From Azolla caroliniana (taxonomy: Eukaryota > Plantae > Polypodiophyta): a stretch of DNA of 64,000 nucleotides. Below the pieces are notes generated by a model. The model searched no databases and had not been told where the DNA came from. It was given only the letters and a program-made list of their open reading frames with translations. The position numbers and the translations under genes were made by a program. Positions 49,033 through 62,900 of the stretch are shown here, one piece after another (positions within the stretch are counted from its first letter, which is position 1; the number at the start of each line of letters is the position of its first letter). The stretch lies in assembly GCA_043228905.1 (NCBI GenBank), contig JBHGNT010000009.1:20832001-20896000 (forward strand), in the 5' to 3' direction.

Positions 49033-52000
49033 ATTAGTTGCAAGCATATTTTTTTCGATTATGAAGTTAGAAGAGACCTATAACAGTTAATTACCCACGT
49101 TGTGGATAGCTGGTTAAGAGCCTATTCTCACTAATGTCCCCATTTATGGTGACCAACCAGTCCAATACTCTATATTAGGCCCAATATGAAGTCTTCTTCC
49201 TTGTCATTTTTTCTCTTTTTGATGACATTGCCTAATAACAAATTTATTTTTAGTTCTTTTACTTGATTTCATGAGTTGTTGGAAATCAGATAAGTCAATG
49301 TTGCATGGTCAATTTAGAATGAGGGGCAATGGTCCCCAGAATGGAGGAGCCAAGTTTGATCGGTCCGGTGATTGGCATGTGGTTGGTTCAGTTAGCATTA
49401 GTTCCCGATGTATTTAGAGTTTTGTGAATCTGATTGTAAAATTGTGCTTTATAAGGTTTCGTTAGGTTAGGAAGTACATAAGGACATTTAAATGTTATAA
49501 ATGAGTGGATAGCTGAGTTAACTATGGTTTTTTTTTGAGGAATTGACACTTTATAGCATGGGCGAAACTTGTCTTACTTGGTTGCATAAAACTTAACTTA
49601 CCATATTCAAACAAACATCTTTTGAGTAGAACTTAAAATCTGTCTTTAGAGGTAATGGTGAGACATTTTAGTGTGCTCAAATCAGCACATTTCCCAAGCT
49701 GATTTGCTCACCTTTCTGATATTTTCATTGGAGAGTACTTGAAAGCTCTACATGTGACCTTTATTCCAGAAACGGGAATAAATTTTTGTATGTAATTTTA
49801 GGGTTTTGGCTCTTATTTTATGAGTTCAGGAGCAGTATAGCTTCTTGGATGTGAAATTAAAGATAAGTTTTCCCTGATTTTGAAAACATAGCTAAATTGG
49901 TTGTTTTATTGAGGTTTTCATGGTTCCGTTGACAATATTTTATCATTGCCTTCCTCAAAAAGTGACAAATGTCTAGTTGTGGGTGAAAATATTACAAACA
50001 AAGGAATTTACATCCAATGATTGACCTGATAGAAAATGTTATTGAAGAAGTTTCATTATCAAATCACAAAACTCAACAATTACCAGATATTTCTGGAGAT
50101 GTTCTATTAAGACGTTGAGCCATTGAGGTAAGCTGAGATGTCTTTACATCATAAGATATCTCATATATGTTATAAATACAATTCCAGAACTGATGCCAAA
50201 TCCCAAATTTGCGGGATACATGTATACCCCTCAAGTTCAATCTAGTGGAAGCTCTGTATGTTCGGAATCTAGCCTTCAACCTATTACCTACTGCAGCTCT
50301 CAATATACTCAAACCTCATGTTACTTTGGGATGATAAAGTTATCATTTGGATGTGGCATCAGCCCTTGCATTTGATTAATCTTCATATGCGTAGCTATTT
50401 TTATACTAGGCCTCCTCAAGTTCCTTGCATCGGTACAACATTGGTACAGGCTTCAATCCTTCCAGTCAACGGCGAAAGCAGTATGTATTTAGTATTTAGT
50501 TTCGGTTTCTTCCATGGTTGCACCATCATCATGCTCAGTACTTTGTTTCACTTAATGGGAAACAACTTAACTGTGTTGACTTCCTGTTGAGTTGCAATCT
50601 CCTCAGTTGACTGGTCTGCTGCAGTTTTTCTTGTGACAACCAAATTTGGCTCTTCATTGCACAAAATCTTTTCATTCATGCCTATAGCAAACATATTAAG
50701 ATGCAGTATCATTATCCTCATGAGCAATTCCTTTCTTGAGTGTTGCAACTACTCTAAGTTGGGCCATTATTTTAATGGCCCTTCCCTCACTATTTGCCTA
50801 TCCAGCTATGATCCAGCTTCAACCATATGTTACTTTGCTCTAGTATGCAGATTTGAGCTCGTTTCCTGCAGCACACCCACGAGACTTGTCACCTCTCATA
50901 GCATTATTATAGACCTGAAATTTTTTCTTTGTGAAGAAGGCTCATTCTCTTTCATGTTTTTGTAATAGATGAATAGATGAATCTTTCTTTTTCTTCAGGC
51001 GATCTTTGTGTTCAAACTGCTGAGATATTATATTAGATTAGTCTTTCTGTGCAGAAGTTCATTTTCTTGAAATGATCTTTGTGTAAATTGAATATTAGCA
51101 TTTCATATATTTTCAGAGTGATGAGCTGAAAGAACGTCTTGTGAAACTCCAAGAAATAGCAAATGCTAAAAGCTATAATGAACTCGTCAAAGATGTTTCA
51201 TGGAATCAACAACGGGAGCCTGAATACTTCTCATCATACAAAGAACGGCTTGGTTTTGGTACATTGAATTTTTTATGTTGAAAACTGCACTTTATAATGG
51301 AAAGAATAAAGCTATTATTGATATTGGTGAGAGGCTCAAGGAGATGAAATTGAAAGGATCTTATTTCTGTTTAATTATGTTGAGTACACACAATTTGAAA
51401 ATTAATGGTTAAAAACGACGAGGTAGTTTGAACTGCTTTGGTTTGGTATGTGAGTGTGGTGTTGAAAACTGCATATTTATGACGGAGAGAATAAAGTTAT
51501 AACTGATTTTACTGGAGAGGGTCTAAGAATGGCATTTATGTAGATATGTCAAATGTGCACCATTTGAAAAGTCTTCTTGTTACCGTGAAAATTACTGGCC
51601 ATTTGGATGGACTACTCATTCTTAAATTCCAAGGAAAATATTGTTGGAAATGATTGTGTTCATGACATAATTAGAAACTTTGATTGTGTTCCGTCAAACT
51701 TTTTAGATTTTGTTTAGAATAAAAAATATTCGTTTACTAAAATGTTGCATGTTTCTTGGGATTGGATGTTTTCTCATCATGTTTATACACGAGTCTGATC
51801 ATTATTATTCTTCATTTTAAAATGTGGATTTATACCGCAGGGTTACATGTTATAGTTATAATGTTTACTGGATACTTCGTTGGACACGCGTTCTTCCAGT
51901 CTTCTCAATTGGGTGGAAGCCCAGTTCTGGTATGTATCAATTCTTATGATCCTTTGAATGGTTTTGTTTGTAAAAGAGGGGAGATATGGGTACAATTACT

Positions 52001-53244
52001 AATAGTATGTTAACTCTGCAGGATGCTGCAGGAGGTGTCCTTGGTATGGTAATTGGGATGCTTGTAGAGACTTTGCTTTTTATCATAAGAACATCTGATT
52101 TTGATAGTAAGAAGGGAAGGCCAAGAAAACTAGATATGAATCTAGGTATAAAAAGGACCAGTAGAATGAGTGGACCATGTTTTGCATTTGGTATTCTGAT
52201 GGTGATGGAATCAGGCCAAGAAGATCATCAAGTGTTTTGTGCCAGCAGTATATTGATATTCCGATAATAAGAGAATGGCTGCTGAGTAACTGTCAGTGTT
52301 TTGCAGCACCAATACATTTGATATTCCAGCAACAAGAGAATGATAGCGATGAAAATGATCTTGAGTGTACATCACTAATTAAGGGCTGAAAGGATGTTCA
52401 TATGATGAGAAAGTGTCTTTTATTAAAAATAGAAGAAATGGTGTAGAAAATCAATCGGAGATTACCAAAGCTTTTTGCAATAGTCTAATAAATAAATGAG
52501 CTGAAAACGTTATGCAAAGCTGTGGATGAAAGAAAACAAATTCCTTGAAAGGATTGATTCTTTTGAAGGCAATAAATAGGTCTAAAAGGAGGGGAAGATA
52601 CTTTGCTATTGTAAAAATTTCGTTTATTTTTCCCTTCTTTCCAAGGAAGGCTTTCTTTCTTGTTCTTTTGGAATGTGAATAGATTCGTCTTACTGCTGAT
52701 CTATCAAAATATGGAAAGCCAAAGTGCATATTTTAATTAAGGTGATGTTCCCATGTGGAGAGTAGATTTTCTGTGACATAATTATTTAATGGGATTGAGC
52801 AAATGATGGAATCATATTTTTCGTTATCGTCAAGCTGAACATGTGAATACTTGAGTTCCATGGTTCCGCATGTCTGTTTAACACATACATGAAGTCTTTC
52901 TTTTGAGTAAGATCTCTGCGGAAAATACTTTGTTTAAAATGGGCTCCTCTACTGGTAGCCCACTTTATTACAATGGTATTAATGTACACAAAAATGCTGA
53001 ACGATGATGAAGTTAAGAGCATAGGCAAGTCCATCCAGAAGAGTGTTTTGTGAAAAAAGTTGCAGAATGGAAGAGTTCTGCTAGACAAAAAAGTAAACAA
53101 ATTTCTGATTGAAAATGTGGAGGTGGAAATTGTGGTCATGGGATATACATTGTCAGGCAAGTGGAAGATGATGGATATGCAAGATGGTTTTATTATTTGG
53201 ACAAGTTGAGTAATTGAACTCCTACAAACTAACTTATGCAGAAG

Positions 53245-53265
53245 CATATGTGCGCGCGCACACGC

Positions 53266-53312
<47 letters not shown>

Positions 53313-53327
53313 TGCACGCATGTGTGA
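53245..53327. repeat. Alternating purine-pyrimidine (CG)/(CA)n tract
   Basis: Seen directly. It has Z-DNA-forming potential. Confidence 0.9.
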
Positions 53328-54209
53328 CTGTATTTTGTTGGTTTGTTGATTGTCTGCTCACTAAACTACTGATTAAAGCTTTCCAATATCTAAATATTGA
53401 TTGTGTGACTCTCAGTTGTTGATAGATTTGAACTAAATGATATGCATTGGTTTGTTTTGTGTTTTCTAGTTGGGCTCAAGGGACATATTTCTATCTACTC
53501 AACATACTCATAATATATGCATTGCTTATATAGTGTGTTTGATAATAAGTCTATGGAACATCATAGTCATGACTAGCTAAAAATTTGTTATACATGTCTA
53601 GACGTGGAGAGTAAGCAAATAAAGTGAAAAATGTTGGATATAATTTGATCAATAATGTTTTAAATACCAATATTACCATTATACCATAGGAATTTGGACT
53701 ACGCGAGCATTGATAAGTTTTCTTGTTTGTTGGTTTTTTGCACATGATAGAAGTTCTCTCATCAACTTTTCAAAATATCACCGGCTACCCTCGTTCAATG
53801 TGCATGTCCACGCCAGCACAATATGCAAATAATGTTTTACATAGCCATTGACCTTTTGGTTAAACTAATGTCTATATTGAATGAGGAATATCAATGGATG
53901 ACATGTACACATGTTGATGTAAGTGTGTGTGTGTGAAGTTTAACGAGATTAATGATGAGGAATCTATCGATAAGAACAATTGAAATAAAATCATTTAGGC
54001 TCACTAATAAGAAATTGACAAAGAGAAATAAATGTACACAAAAACTAAGGTATTGTGCTGGCTAATAAATAAATACAAAGTAAAATAAAGGAAACAAATT
54101 TTTAGAAAATAAAACACACGGAAATTGAATGAGAGCAGGCGGTGACCTTTGAGGAGTTGGTAGGAGAACCTCTATCCATGCAAAGTAATTAATTGTATGC
54201 ATGCATGTA

Positions 54210-54488
<279 letters not shown>

Positions 54489-57400
54489 TTAACCATGCAT
54501 CAACCTTTTAAAATCGACAATCCCCTTGCTCATATCTTTCAACAACACTCACACACACATATCATCATCAATTGCTTTATTAATAATGTTGTACCATGAC
54601 GTGACTTGCGAATTACTAGAATGAGTGTACCAAGCACTATTAAAAGGTTATTAGGGATAATGTATTAGAGATGTCATGACTTATCACCTCTTTCTCTCTA
54701 ATAGTTGAGGGATGAATAATGGCAATATGAAATCCTAGTAATGGAAATGACTGAAGTGTATGATAGAGACAAATGATGATGTATATTTGTCCTCGACCAA
54801 AGCTTAAATGTGCAACACTTTATTCTTGAGCTCTCCCTTTACTTTGCTCCGCCAAAATTTATGTATGAGGCATTTGACAAGGTTACTACTATAAACCATA
54901 ATTTTATATTTAAGTTTTGACACATGAAGAACCAAAAGCTAATGGCTAAAAATCTTCAAGTACTGACTTCCAACACTCGTAAAAACGAAATGTGCGAGGT
55001 CATAATTCCCCCCCCAAAAATATACTCTAAAGCTTATTGGTAGGGACACATAACCTTCCAATGACCATTCTATGTTCCTTCCTAGAAATATATCATTGAT
55101 TATGTGAAACTTCATGCTTTTGAGGCTATCATGTTCTTCACCATCTCCCTTAAATTGCATGCTTGAGCAATTAACATTGTGTTATCTCAAGCATCCCACA
55201 TCACAATGTTTCTTTGAAAGTCATACGACATAGTGTATGACAATGCCCATTCACTAAAAACATTTTCAACCTCTTCCTAATTGTAATAGACAAAATGAAT
55301 ATTACTTTGAGAAAATTAAAGTTATCAAATTCAATTTGGTAAATCTCTACATCAAGATGTAAGAGGCTAAGGTAGGATAGCATCAACATATGTATATGTG
55401 TTGATAGAATTGCTTCCACATCATTCATGGTCTCCTCATGTCAATTTTCTTTACTTTTATCAACTACACCATTATGATTTCTTATTAAGCCACATCGTGG
55501 CTATTGCAAATATCTAATCAATCATCAAGGAAAATCTAGATTGTAAGGAAATCATGTGAATAAGGTGGCACTATAAACCTTAGAAAGAGAAGGGAAAGTT
55601 AGATTCTAACCAAATCATGCCACATTATAGTTATCCTTAATGTTGTTAGGTTGGGTCGCCATCATTGTTGAAGATATTGACCATAAACACAACATCACAT
55701 CAAAATAATCTTGCACAAATATTATGCATTAGTGGATCCACTCATAGTTATTAATTAGTAGGTAGGTAATTTGTGTGTCTTGTAGTGTAATATTGTACTT
55801 GCTACCTTTTAATAAAGTTTCTTACAATTCTTGGCTAAATGTTATCGTGAATAATGTTAATATATACATTCGATTATCATGTTTTACCAATGGATTCAAC
55901 TATGACCAAGAATAAAATATCATGTCCGAAAAAACTCATGTATCATCACTCATTGATAAAAGAACACTAGAGCTCTAGTACATCTTCGAACCTACAAGAA
56001 GATTTAGTGACACATGTATTAATAACATCTTTGATCATTATCGTAAACACACTTTACAAATCAGCAGTGAAATTGATGAGTTCATTAATTCGTGCTAATG
56101 TTCCAATATTACAAATAGCTTAAGAAATATGTTTCTATTTGACATCAATTCAAGATACTTGCAACAAACGTGATCACTTTAACGTTCCATGCTACAACTT
56201 CGATAGTGCCTTTAACGTTCACAAAAGTCAAGAAATAAAAAACACAACTTCTCATTTCTTTCTTGTCCTCATCTCTCATTATTGCTTCAAACATGATCAT
56301 TGATATGCATAATGTTTTGGTTAATAAGAAAGCCATGCATAAACATAATGTAGATGTTCCAATATGTTTCAATATAATTGCTAGAGATTATTATGATACG
56401 TTCTTCCATACTTCTTTTACAAATAAATGCTATATGGCGAAAAGCACAACTATGGACTATACATAATTTAATAGAAAGCAAAACTACAAGCATCGGTTAA
56501 CATATGTTTGTATCTCCACATTTCAAATGAACTGTCATCTTTAGCTTGTTCACGAGGCCCCATATCATAGATATGTATGGCATAAAACAAGAATGAATTT
56601 GGATTGGTACAATGTATGTGTGCATAGAAAACCTTGTTGAGCTAGGCCCGTGGCATAGTAAGTCCTTTGCCCTACAAGGCATTTCCTCGCTGTTACTTGA
56701 ATTGACATGGAGGTGGTCCAACGACGAGTCTCACATTCCTTATTGGCTTTGCATTGAAACGAATACAATGCATTTCACATACGCAATAGGTACATTTGTT
56801 TGAATTATTGTTCGACAATGATGTACATTTTAGCTTGTCCAAATTGAATACTAGTTTACAATTTCAATAAATTCTTCATGCAAGCCATAAACTAGTTTAC
56901 AATAACCTATGCAAGCTTTTGTCATTTGCAACTCAAAATAAGCACAATGTCAGCATTAGAATACGGATATGAGATTAAGTGGAATAGATTGCATTGTTTA
57001 TCTAGAGGACCCTAAGTATAACATGCCTATGACAATTATGAATTTGAAAGTTGCATTTTATATTTCATATAGAGTAAATAGTTTGTTTCATAGATGGATG
57101 GATGTTGGTATGATCATGTCGATTCAGATGAGATATAATTATCGTATAAGAGGTTACACATTTTACTTGCTTATGTCTTCTCCTACATTTAGGCTTTTAA
57201 TAGATTTTTAGAAAATTACTCCACCAAATAAGAAGGCATGTCTATTTGTTTGAAGAAGATATGGTGTTTTGCATGTGAGGTCATAACCTCCATGTCCAAA
57301 CAATATTCATATATTTTTCGTTACTTAAATACGTTATAAACAAATGAACGGATAAATCATTTTGCATAATCAACATCACCCAAAGATAAAGAAGGTGTGA

Positions 57401-58643
57401 TTTGTTTTTGGTGATGAAAAAGAAAACACAAGAAGTGAAGACAAATACACAATATGAAAGCATTGCCTTTGTACATCATGTAAGAGATACTAACATCTAA
57501 ACACTTTAATAAAAGAGAGATATGTAGGTGTTAAATCATTTCAAAAGAATGGAGCCACATATAACCACTTGTCACCCACCTGAGATACTTGAAAAGTACC
57601 TAGAGGTGCATCCAATATGGATTAAATTCAATTAAGCCTAAGCTAATGGATGAAGGAAGACAAACCCATTTGCCATTGTTGGCATACATGGATGTTCATT
57701 TGTTCTAAACATGAATTCAAATAACATATAATGGGTTTATTGCAATACTACAACTCACACAAATTGGATTAAGATAAACCAAGTTGATCATTTAAACATG
57801 TGTTTGTTCATTTCCTCTTATCTATATGGCTATCCAAATGGATCTTAGGCACTACCATGAATGAAAGACAAGTTCAATAACAATTGATCCAAGACCAACA
57901 CAAAGTTTAATAGCCACGCAATTGAATCCAAAAGCACCCCTAAATTATTACACACTTGTATTTTGACATGATGATCACCAATCCTACAGTAATTTATTTG
58001 TTTTTTCTCAAAAGTGAACCAAAGAAGATCATGTTTGTTTCATTGCTCGAGTGTGTTTTCTAAATCCTCCTCATTATAAACACTAATTATTCATTTAACT
58101 CATATGTTGTTTCTTAAAAGTAACTTTGACAAGATGAAAACAAATGTGTACTTCATACTCTCAAATCAATCCAAATCTTTCGCATTGCAGCCATCTATGT
58201 TTTACTATTTCATTTGATATTTCCCAAGAATAAATTGAATGTGTTTAGGAGATTGGAAGTGATTACACCAATTGAACACAATTAAAATTTGATCCAACCC
58301 TCTTCCATTATGAACATTAAAACTTACATTCCTTCATTTTTTTAGTTCTCAAATGTAATCAAATGCTTGTTTGCAATTGGATGACTGTAATCTAGTTCCA
58401 ATTGGCACTAAATCAGACCATGGTCATCAACAACGTTACCCATAAGAACATAGAGCAAATTCAAGTTGACAATATGGTTACCAATTATTCACTAGTTCAC
58501 ATGTCCCCTAAAGATAATATTACGTGCATCTTGTCCATATTATTACTTGAATGATCTTAATATCATATTCATCTTGTCTATATATGATTGTTCAAAATAT
58601 GGTACGATCACATCGAGTGAATCAAAATGTTTCATGATATGCA

Positions 58644-58744
58644 TATAATTCAAATAGTATTGCAAGTGTCATGCATGAAGCTTTAACCTATAAGTTATAG
58701 GTTAAAGCATCATGCATGACACTTGCAATACTATTTGAATTATA
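58644..58744. repeat. 101-bp near-perfect palindrome (50-bp arms, 1-nt spacer, 1 mismatch)
   Basis: TATAATTCAAATAGTATTGCAAGTGTCATGCATGAAGCTTTAACCTATAA-G-TTATAGGTTAAAGCATCATGCATGACACTTGCAATACTATTTGAATTATA. Confidence 0.97.
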
Positions 58745-59496
58745 GGCTCTAACCTTATATATCAACCACAATGTGCAAACCATTGGGATAAGCTTTTCTA
58801 CAAGTTTACATTCTCATCATTGTCATTATGTCTCATGTAATGTTAATATTACATATATGTTGACTCAGATAAGCAAAGCAGCATGACTATAATGCATGGC
58901 ACATTAACACATGCATAAATTGATGATTGCACATCCCATACGTCACACGAAATCTTATTCGAACATCAATTTAGGCATCAATGAAAATACATTCATATGA
59001 CAAAAATACGGTGTCATCTATACAAAGAAATATTGTAACTTCAATAAATAAACTCTTATATTCCTAATCTAATAGAACATATTTTTATTAGATATTGTTT
59101 GTTTCTTTAATCCTAATCTATCTCCATCTCTTGTTTGTGCTCGTCTCTCCCCCTTTTTCTATGAACTCTCCTTGTTCATAACCTTGATAGTTCAATGCAC
59201 AAATCACAAACTCTACAACATGTCTTGTTCATATCAATACTTTGAAGAACATCTAGTAAGAGAATGCATTCATTTCCCTAAACTTTGCACAATCTTGTCC
59301 ATAACATGGAAATGCCCACTTTTTCTGCAGATTTTACTCGTAAATGATGTCATTTTTTCCTCTTTATAATTGTACAAATCATTACTCTTTGCTTACTTTC
59401 ACAAAAAAGTCAACAATGTTATAGAGAAACCCTAATCACCTTTTCATTCTCTCTCCTCGGTGGAATCAACATAGACAGAATCCCTCCAATCATCAT

Positions 59497-59913
59497 TGTT
59501 GAGCAGCAAGCTCAATGGGATCTGGATCGGTGAGCCGATGAGCAAGACGGATCGGTGAGCTGGTAGCACCCGATGAGCAAAAGAGCCTGTGAGCTAGGGA
59601 GTTGGGGAGCCGGTTAGCCGGATCCATCAATAACCAGAAGCTTAGTAGCAGCTAGACTACTAGGGAGTTATTACTCTCGTAGCTAGTGTCAGACGCTCGA
59701 GTGAGCATTAAGTACACCATACTTCTGTCAGTCCGTATGGACTTGTATAAAAGTGTTCGCTGAACACATACGATGTACAGAGTGTTGATATAATTTTTTA
59801 ATAGAGATTCTTGTTCTGCTCTCTCTATCTCTCCCGCGTACTGTTAAGCTCTCCATTAAACTTGTTCTCTGTTTTCTGTTTTTTATTGCTTCCACACACT
59901 ATTTGTTTTTACA
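59497..59913 (+). repeat. 5' LTR of the right copia element (417 bp)
   Basis: Starts TGTTGAGCAGCAAGCTCAA (17/19 identical to the left element LTR start), ends TTTACA, has TATAAAA at about 59746, and is followed by the PBS TGGTATCAGAGC at 59914-59925. Confidence 0.85.
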
Positions 59914-62900
59914 TGGTATCAGAGCACGAGGATTGAGAACCTCTGCAGCCGACATTCGCTTTCGCAAGAAGAAAACCTAACCTTTGTAAAGAACAGAAAA
60001 AAAAACAATGGATAGAGGAATGGCTAGCTTGCTTTCGATGGAGAAGCTCGACAGATCCAACTATGCATCTTGGTCATACAAGATGCACCAGTACCTGCTT
60101 GGGCATGGTTAATGGATCTATGTCGACGGAGCTAACGACACAGCACCTGATGTGGCACACAAGGACTTCCCGGTGTGGGAACAATCGGCAAGCAGAGTGA
60201 TGTACTGCTTTGCGTCCAGTGTCGAAGAACAACTGTTGAGCCACGTCCGAGATGCCGAGACGCCGAAAGAGGCTTGGGAAAACCTAAAGAAGGTGTTCGC
60301 CACAAGGACCACAACCCGAAGGCTGCAACTCCGACAGGAGTTGAGCAATGTCTGATAAAAGGACATGTCGGTGGTTGATTACATGGCCCGAATCAAGGAG
60401 ATATGTGACTCGCTTGCCTCTATCAACGTCATTATAGAGGAAGACGAGATGGTACAGGTCTGTCTTGGGGGTCTGGTGTCTAAGTTCCGAGCTTTCCGGA
60501 CATCAATATGTACGAGGGAGAATACGCCGTCATTTTTCGACTTATAGTCGATGCTCCTTGTAGAGGAGAACCACGCCGGTGCGTCAACAAGTGCACCCAC
60601 CGACAGTCGGATGTTGTACACAAAGGCGGATCGGCCCCGTGCGCGTGGTGGACGAGGCAGGTTGGCACGCAATGGAGGCGGCCGACAAGGGCAATACCGA
60701 CGACACAGAGACCGTGCCGACAACAGTTCCAAGACTTCCACAAGCAGGGGGAGTTAAGGTGGCGCCGGAGGCCGGCAAGACAAATTTGTCACAGAATGCT
60801 GCTATTGTGGCAAAAAGGGCCACAGAGAAAGCGAGTGCTAAAAGAAGCGCACCGATTCGAACAGATCTGGATCCGGCAAAACCGGTCGGGAGAACCGGCA
60901 AAGCTCACAGTTCGAGGCAGAGCCGCAACACACGGCATGCCCGGCAATCGCACAAGGATCAAGAGGATCCAGAACCGAGAAGACCGGTAAGGTGCAGCCT
61001 TGGTGATGAAGCACGAGGCAAACTCGATGAAGAAGACCACTCCCAAATCAAAGGAAGTGTGGTACGTTGATTCCGGTGTGTCAAATCACATGACGAGCCA
61101 CAAAGAGTGGTTCGCCTTCTTGGCGAAACCGGAATAACCAAGAGTTGTCAAAACTGAAGATGACACTCCTCACCCAATTGTGCATGTTGGAGAAGTTCCC
61201 CTAAGCCACGTCGGACAGAGGGGGAAGCTGATGAACGTATTACACGTTTCGACTATCACGAAGAACCTGGTGTCGATCAGACAGATCGTCGACCACGGAA
61301 TGCAGGTGTGGTTTACGCACCTCGGGTGCTTCATCGAGGAGGGACAGATTATCACGCAAGGGCGTAGAGATGGGAGGATGTTCATCCTCGACACCAATGA
61401 CGTTGGCACCGCTTTGTTCGCCTGTGGCACAAACGGATCGATCACGTCAATTACCGATGGCTTCAAGACTTGCAAACGAAACAAGTTGTTTTCAGTTTGC
61501 CGAAGTTTAGTGGCCAGAAGGCCCAAGTATGTGAAGCTTGCCAACTTGGGAAGCAACACCAGCTTCCATTCCCCGTCGAACAAAACCGTAGCCGTAACAA
61601 GCTCGACCTTATTCATTCGGATGTATGGGGACTGGCACAGAACGTGAGTCTTGACGGGAATCGATACTTCGTCTCCTTTATCGACGACTATAGCCGGCAC
61701 ACATGGATTTACCTCATTGGGCGGAAGGGCAAAGTCTTCGACTGTTTCCAAAACCTCCAGAGCATGGTGGAACAGGAATCGGAGAGGAAGATCAATTGCC
61801 TGCGGTCAGATGGCGGGAAAGAATATTTTTCCGGCCAATTCAACAGTTATCTGCAACAAACAAGAATTTGGAGGGAGTTCAGCTACAGATACACACCAGA
61901 GCAAAACAGTGTGGCTGAAAGGAAGAACCGGTCACTTGTCGACGCAATAAGGACAATGCTTGAAGAGAAGAGCAGGCCCCATTTCTACTGGGCGGAGGCT
62001 GTCTGGACGACTGTCTACATCCAAAACCGGATCGGTGACAAGGTGTCCGCGCATGAGCTGTATTTCAGGCGCAAGTCGAATTTGAGACACCTTCGGATTT
62101 TCGCCAGCATAGCATATGTGCATGTGCCGGATGAGAACTAGAGGAAGCTTGATACAAAAATCAAAGAAATGCATCCTCGTCGGCTACTCACATGAGCAAA
62201 AGGAGGTCCGAGTTCACCGCGATGTTGAGTTTGATGAGACGGCATCCTGCTATGCATTACCAGCTCTGACTTCTGACCCCGACCTGATACTGGAGGATGA
62301 AGCTAATGAGCCTGAACCGGTCCAGTTAGAAGATGATGAATCCGGGACTCAAGAAGAGAGTCTGGAATCGTTTCGGTTGAGTGGGCTAAACGAGAGACTG
62401 GGTCAATCCGACCAATCAGAAGAAGAATCAATGAGTAGTGAAGACTCTGCCGTGCTCTGCCCACGCAAGGAACCAAGGAGACGGTTCATGCGCAAAGAGA
62501 AGGGGAAGAAGAAGATGCCAGATTAAGAAACCGGTATTGATGAGTCCGATCGGAGTAGATCCGACTTCAGAAAGGAAAATGACGGTTCTTCGGCACCGAA
62601 GACCGAATCGGCCAAGAAGGGCCTCAAACCGGGTAACGGTGGGTTACGCCGGTCAACCCGCCAGAAGGAACATGTTAAGCAGTACGGGTACAAGGAGTAC
62701 ATGGCGCATCACTATGCGTACATGACCAAGGTGGCAGAAGTGCGTGAGCCAGAGAGCTGCACAGAAGCGGCAAAGGACGCACATTGGCGTGCCGCTATGG
62801 AAGAAGAGATGTGAGCACTTGATGCCAACGATACATGGGACCTGGTTGACCCTCCCCGTCACAGTAAAACGATCGGATGCAAGTGGGTGTACAAGATAAA

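Larger units (their letters stand above)
41863..52164 (+). pseudogene. VMA12/TMEM199-like vacuolar ATPase ER assembly factor (At5g52980-like), 4 exons, disrupted
   Basis: Exon 1 (41863-42154) has GLLLLST..I*EFL, NAVPYKLLRDAW and VFVSPGTCEK; from the ATG it spans three reading frames. Exon 2 (51117-51258) has SDELKERLVKLQEIA...YNELVKDV...FSSYKERLGF. Exon 3 (51841-51929) has GLHVIVIMFTGYFVG. Exon 4 starts at 52022 (AAGGVLGMVIGMLVETLLFIIRTS) with an out-of-frame KKDQ-stop ending at 52164. Confidence 0.85.

Noticed and set aside
51277-51570. Diverged duplication of about 184 bp in VMA12-like intron 2 (and about 64 bp in the 3' region, 52231-52341)
   Set aside because: These are real but look like ordinary old local duplications with no further signal.
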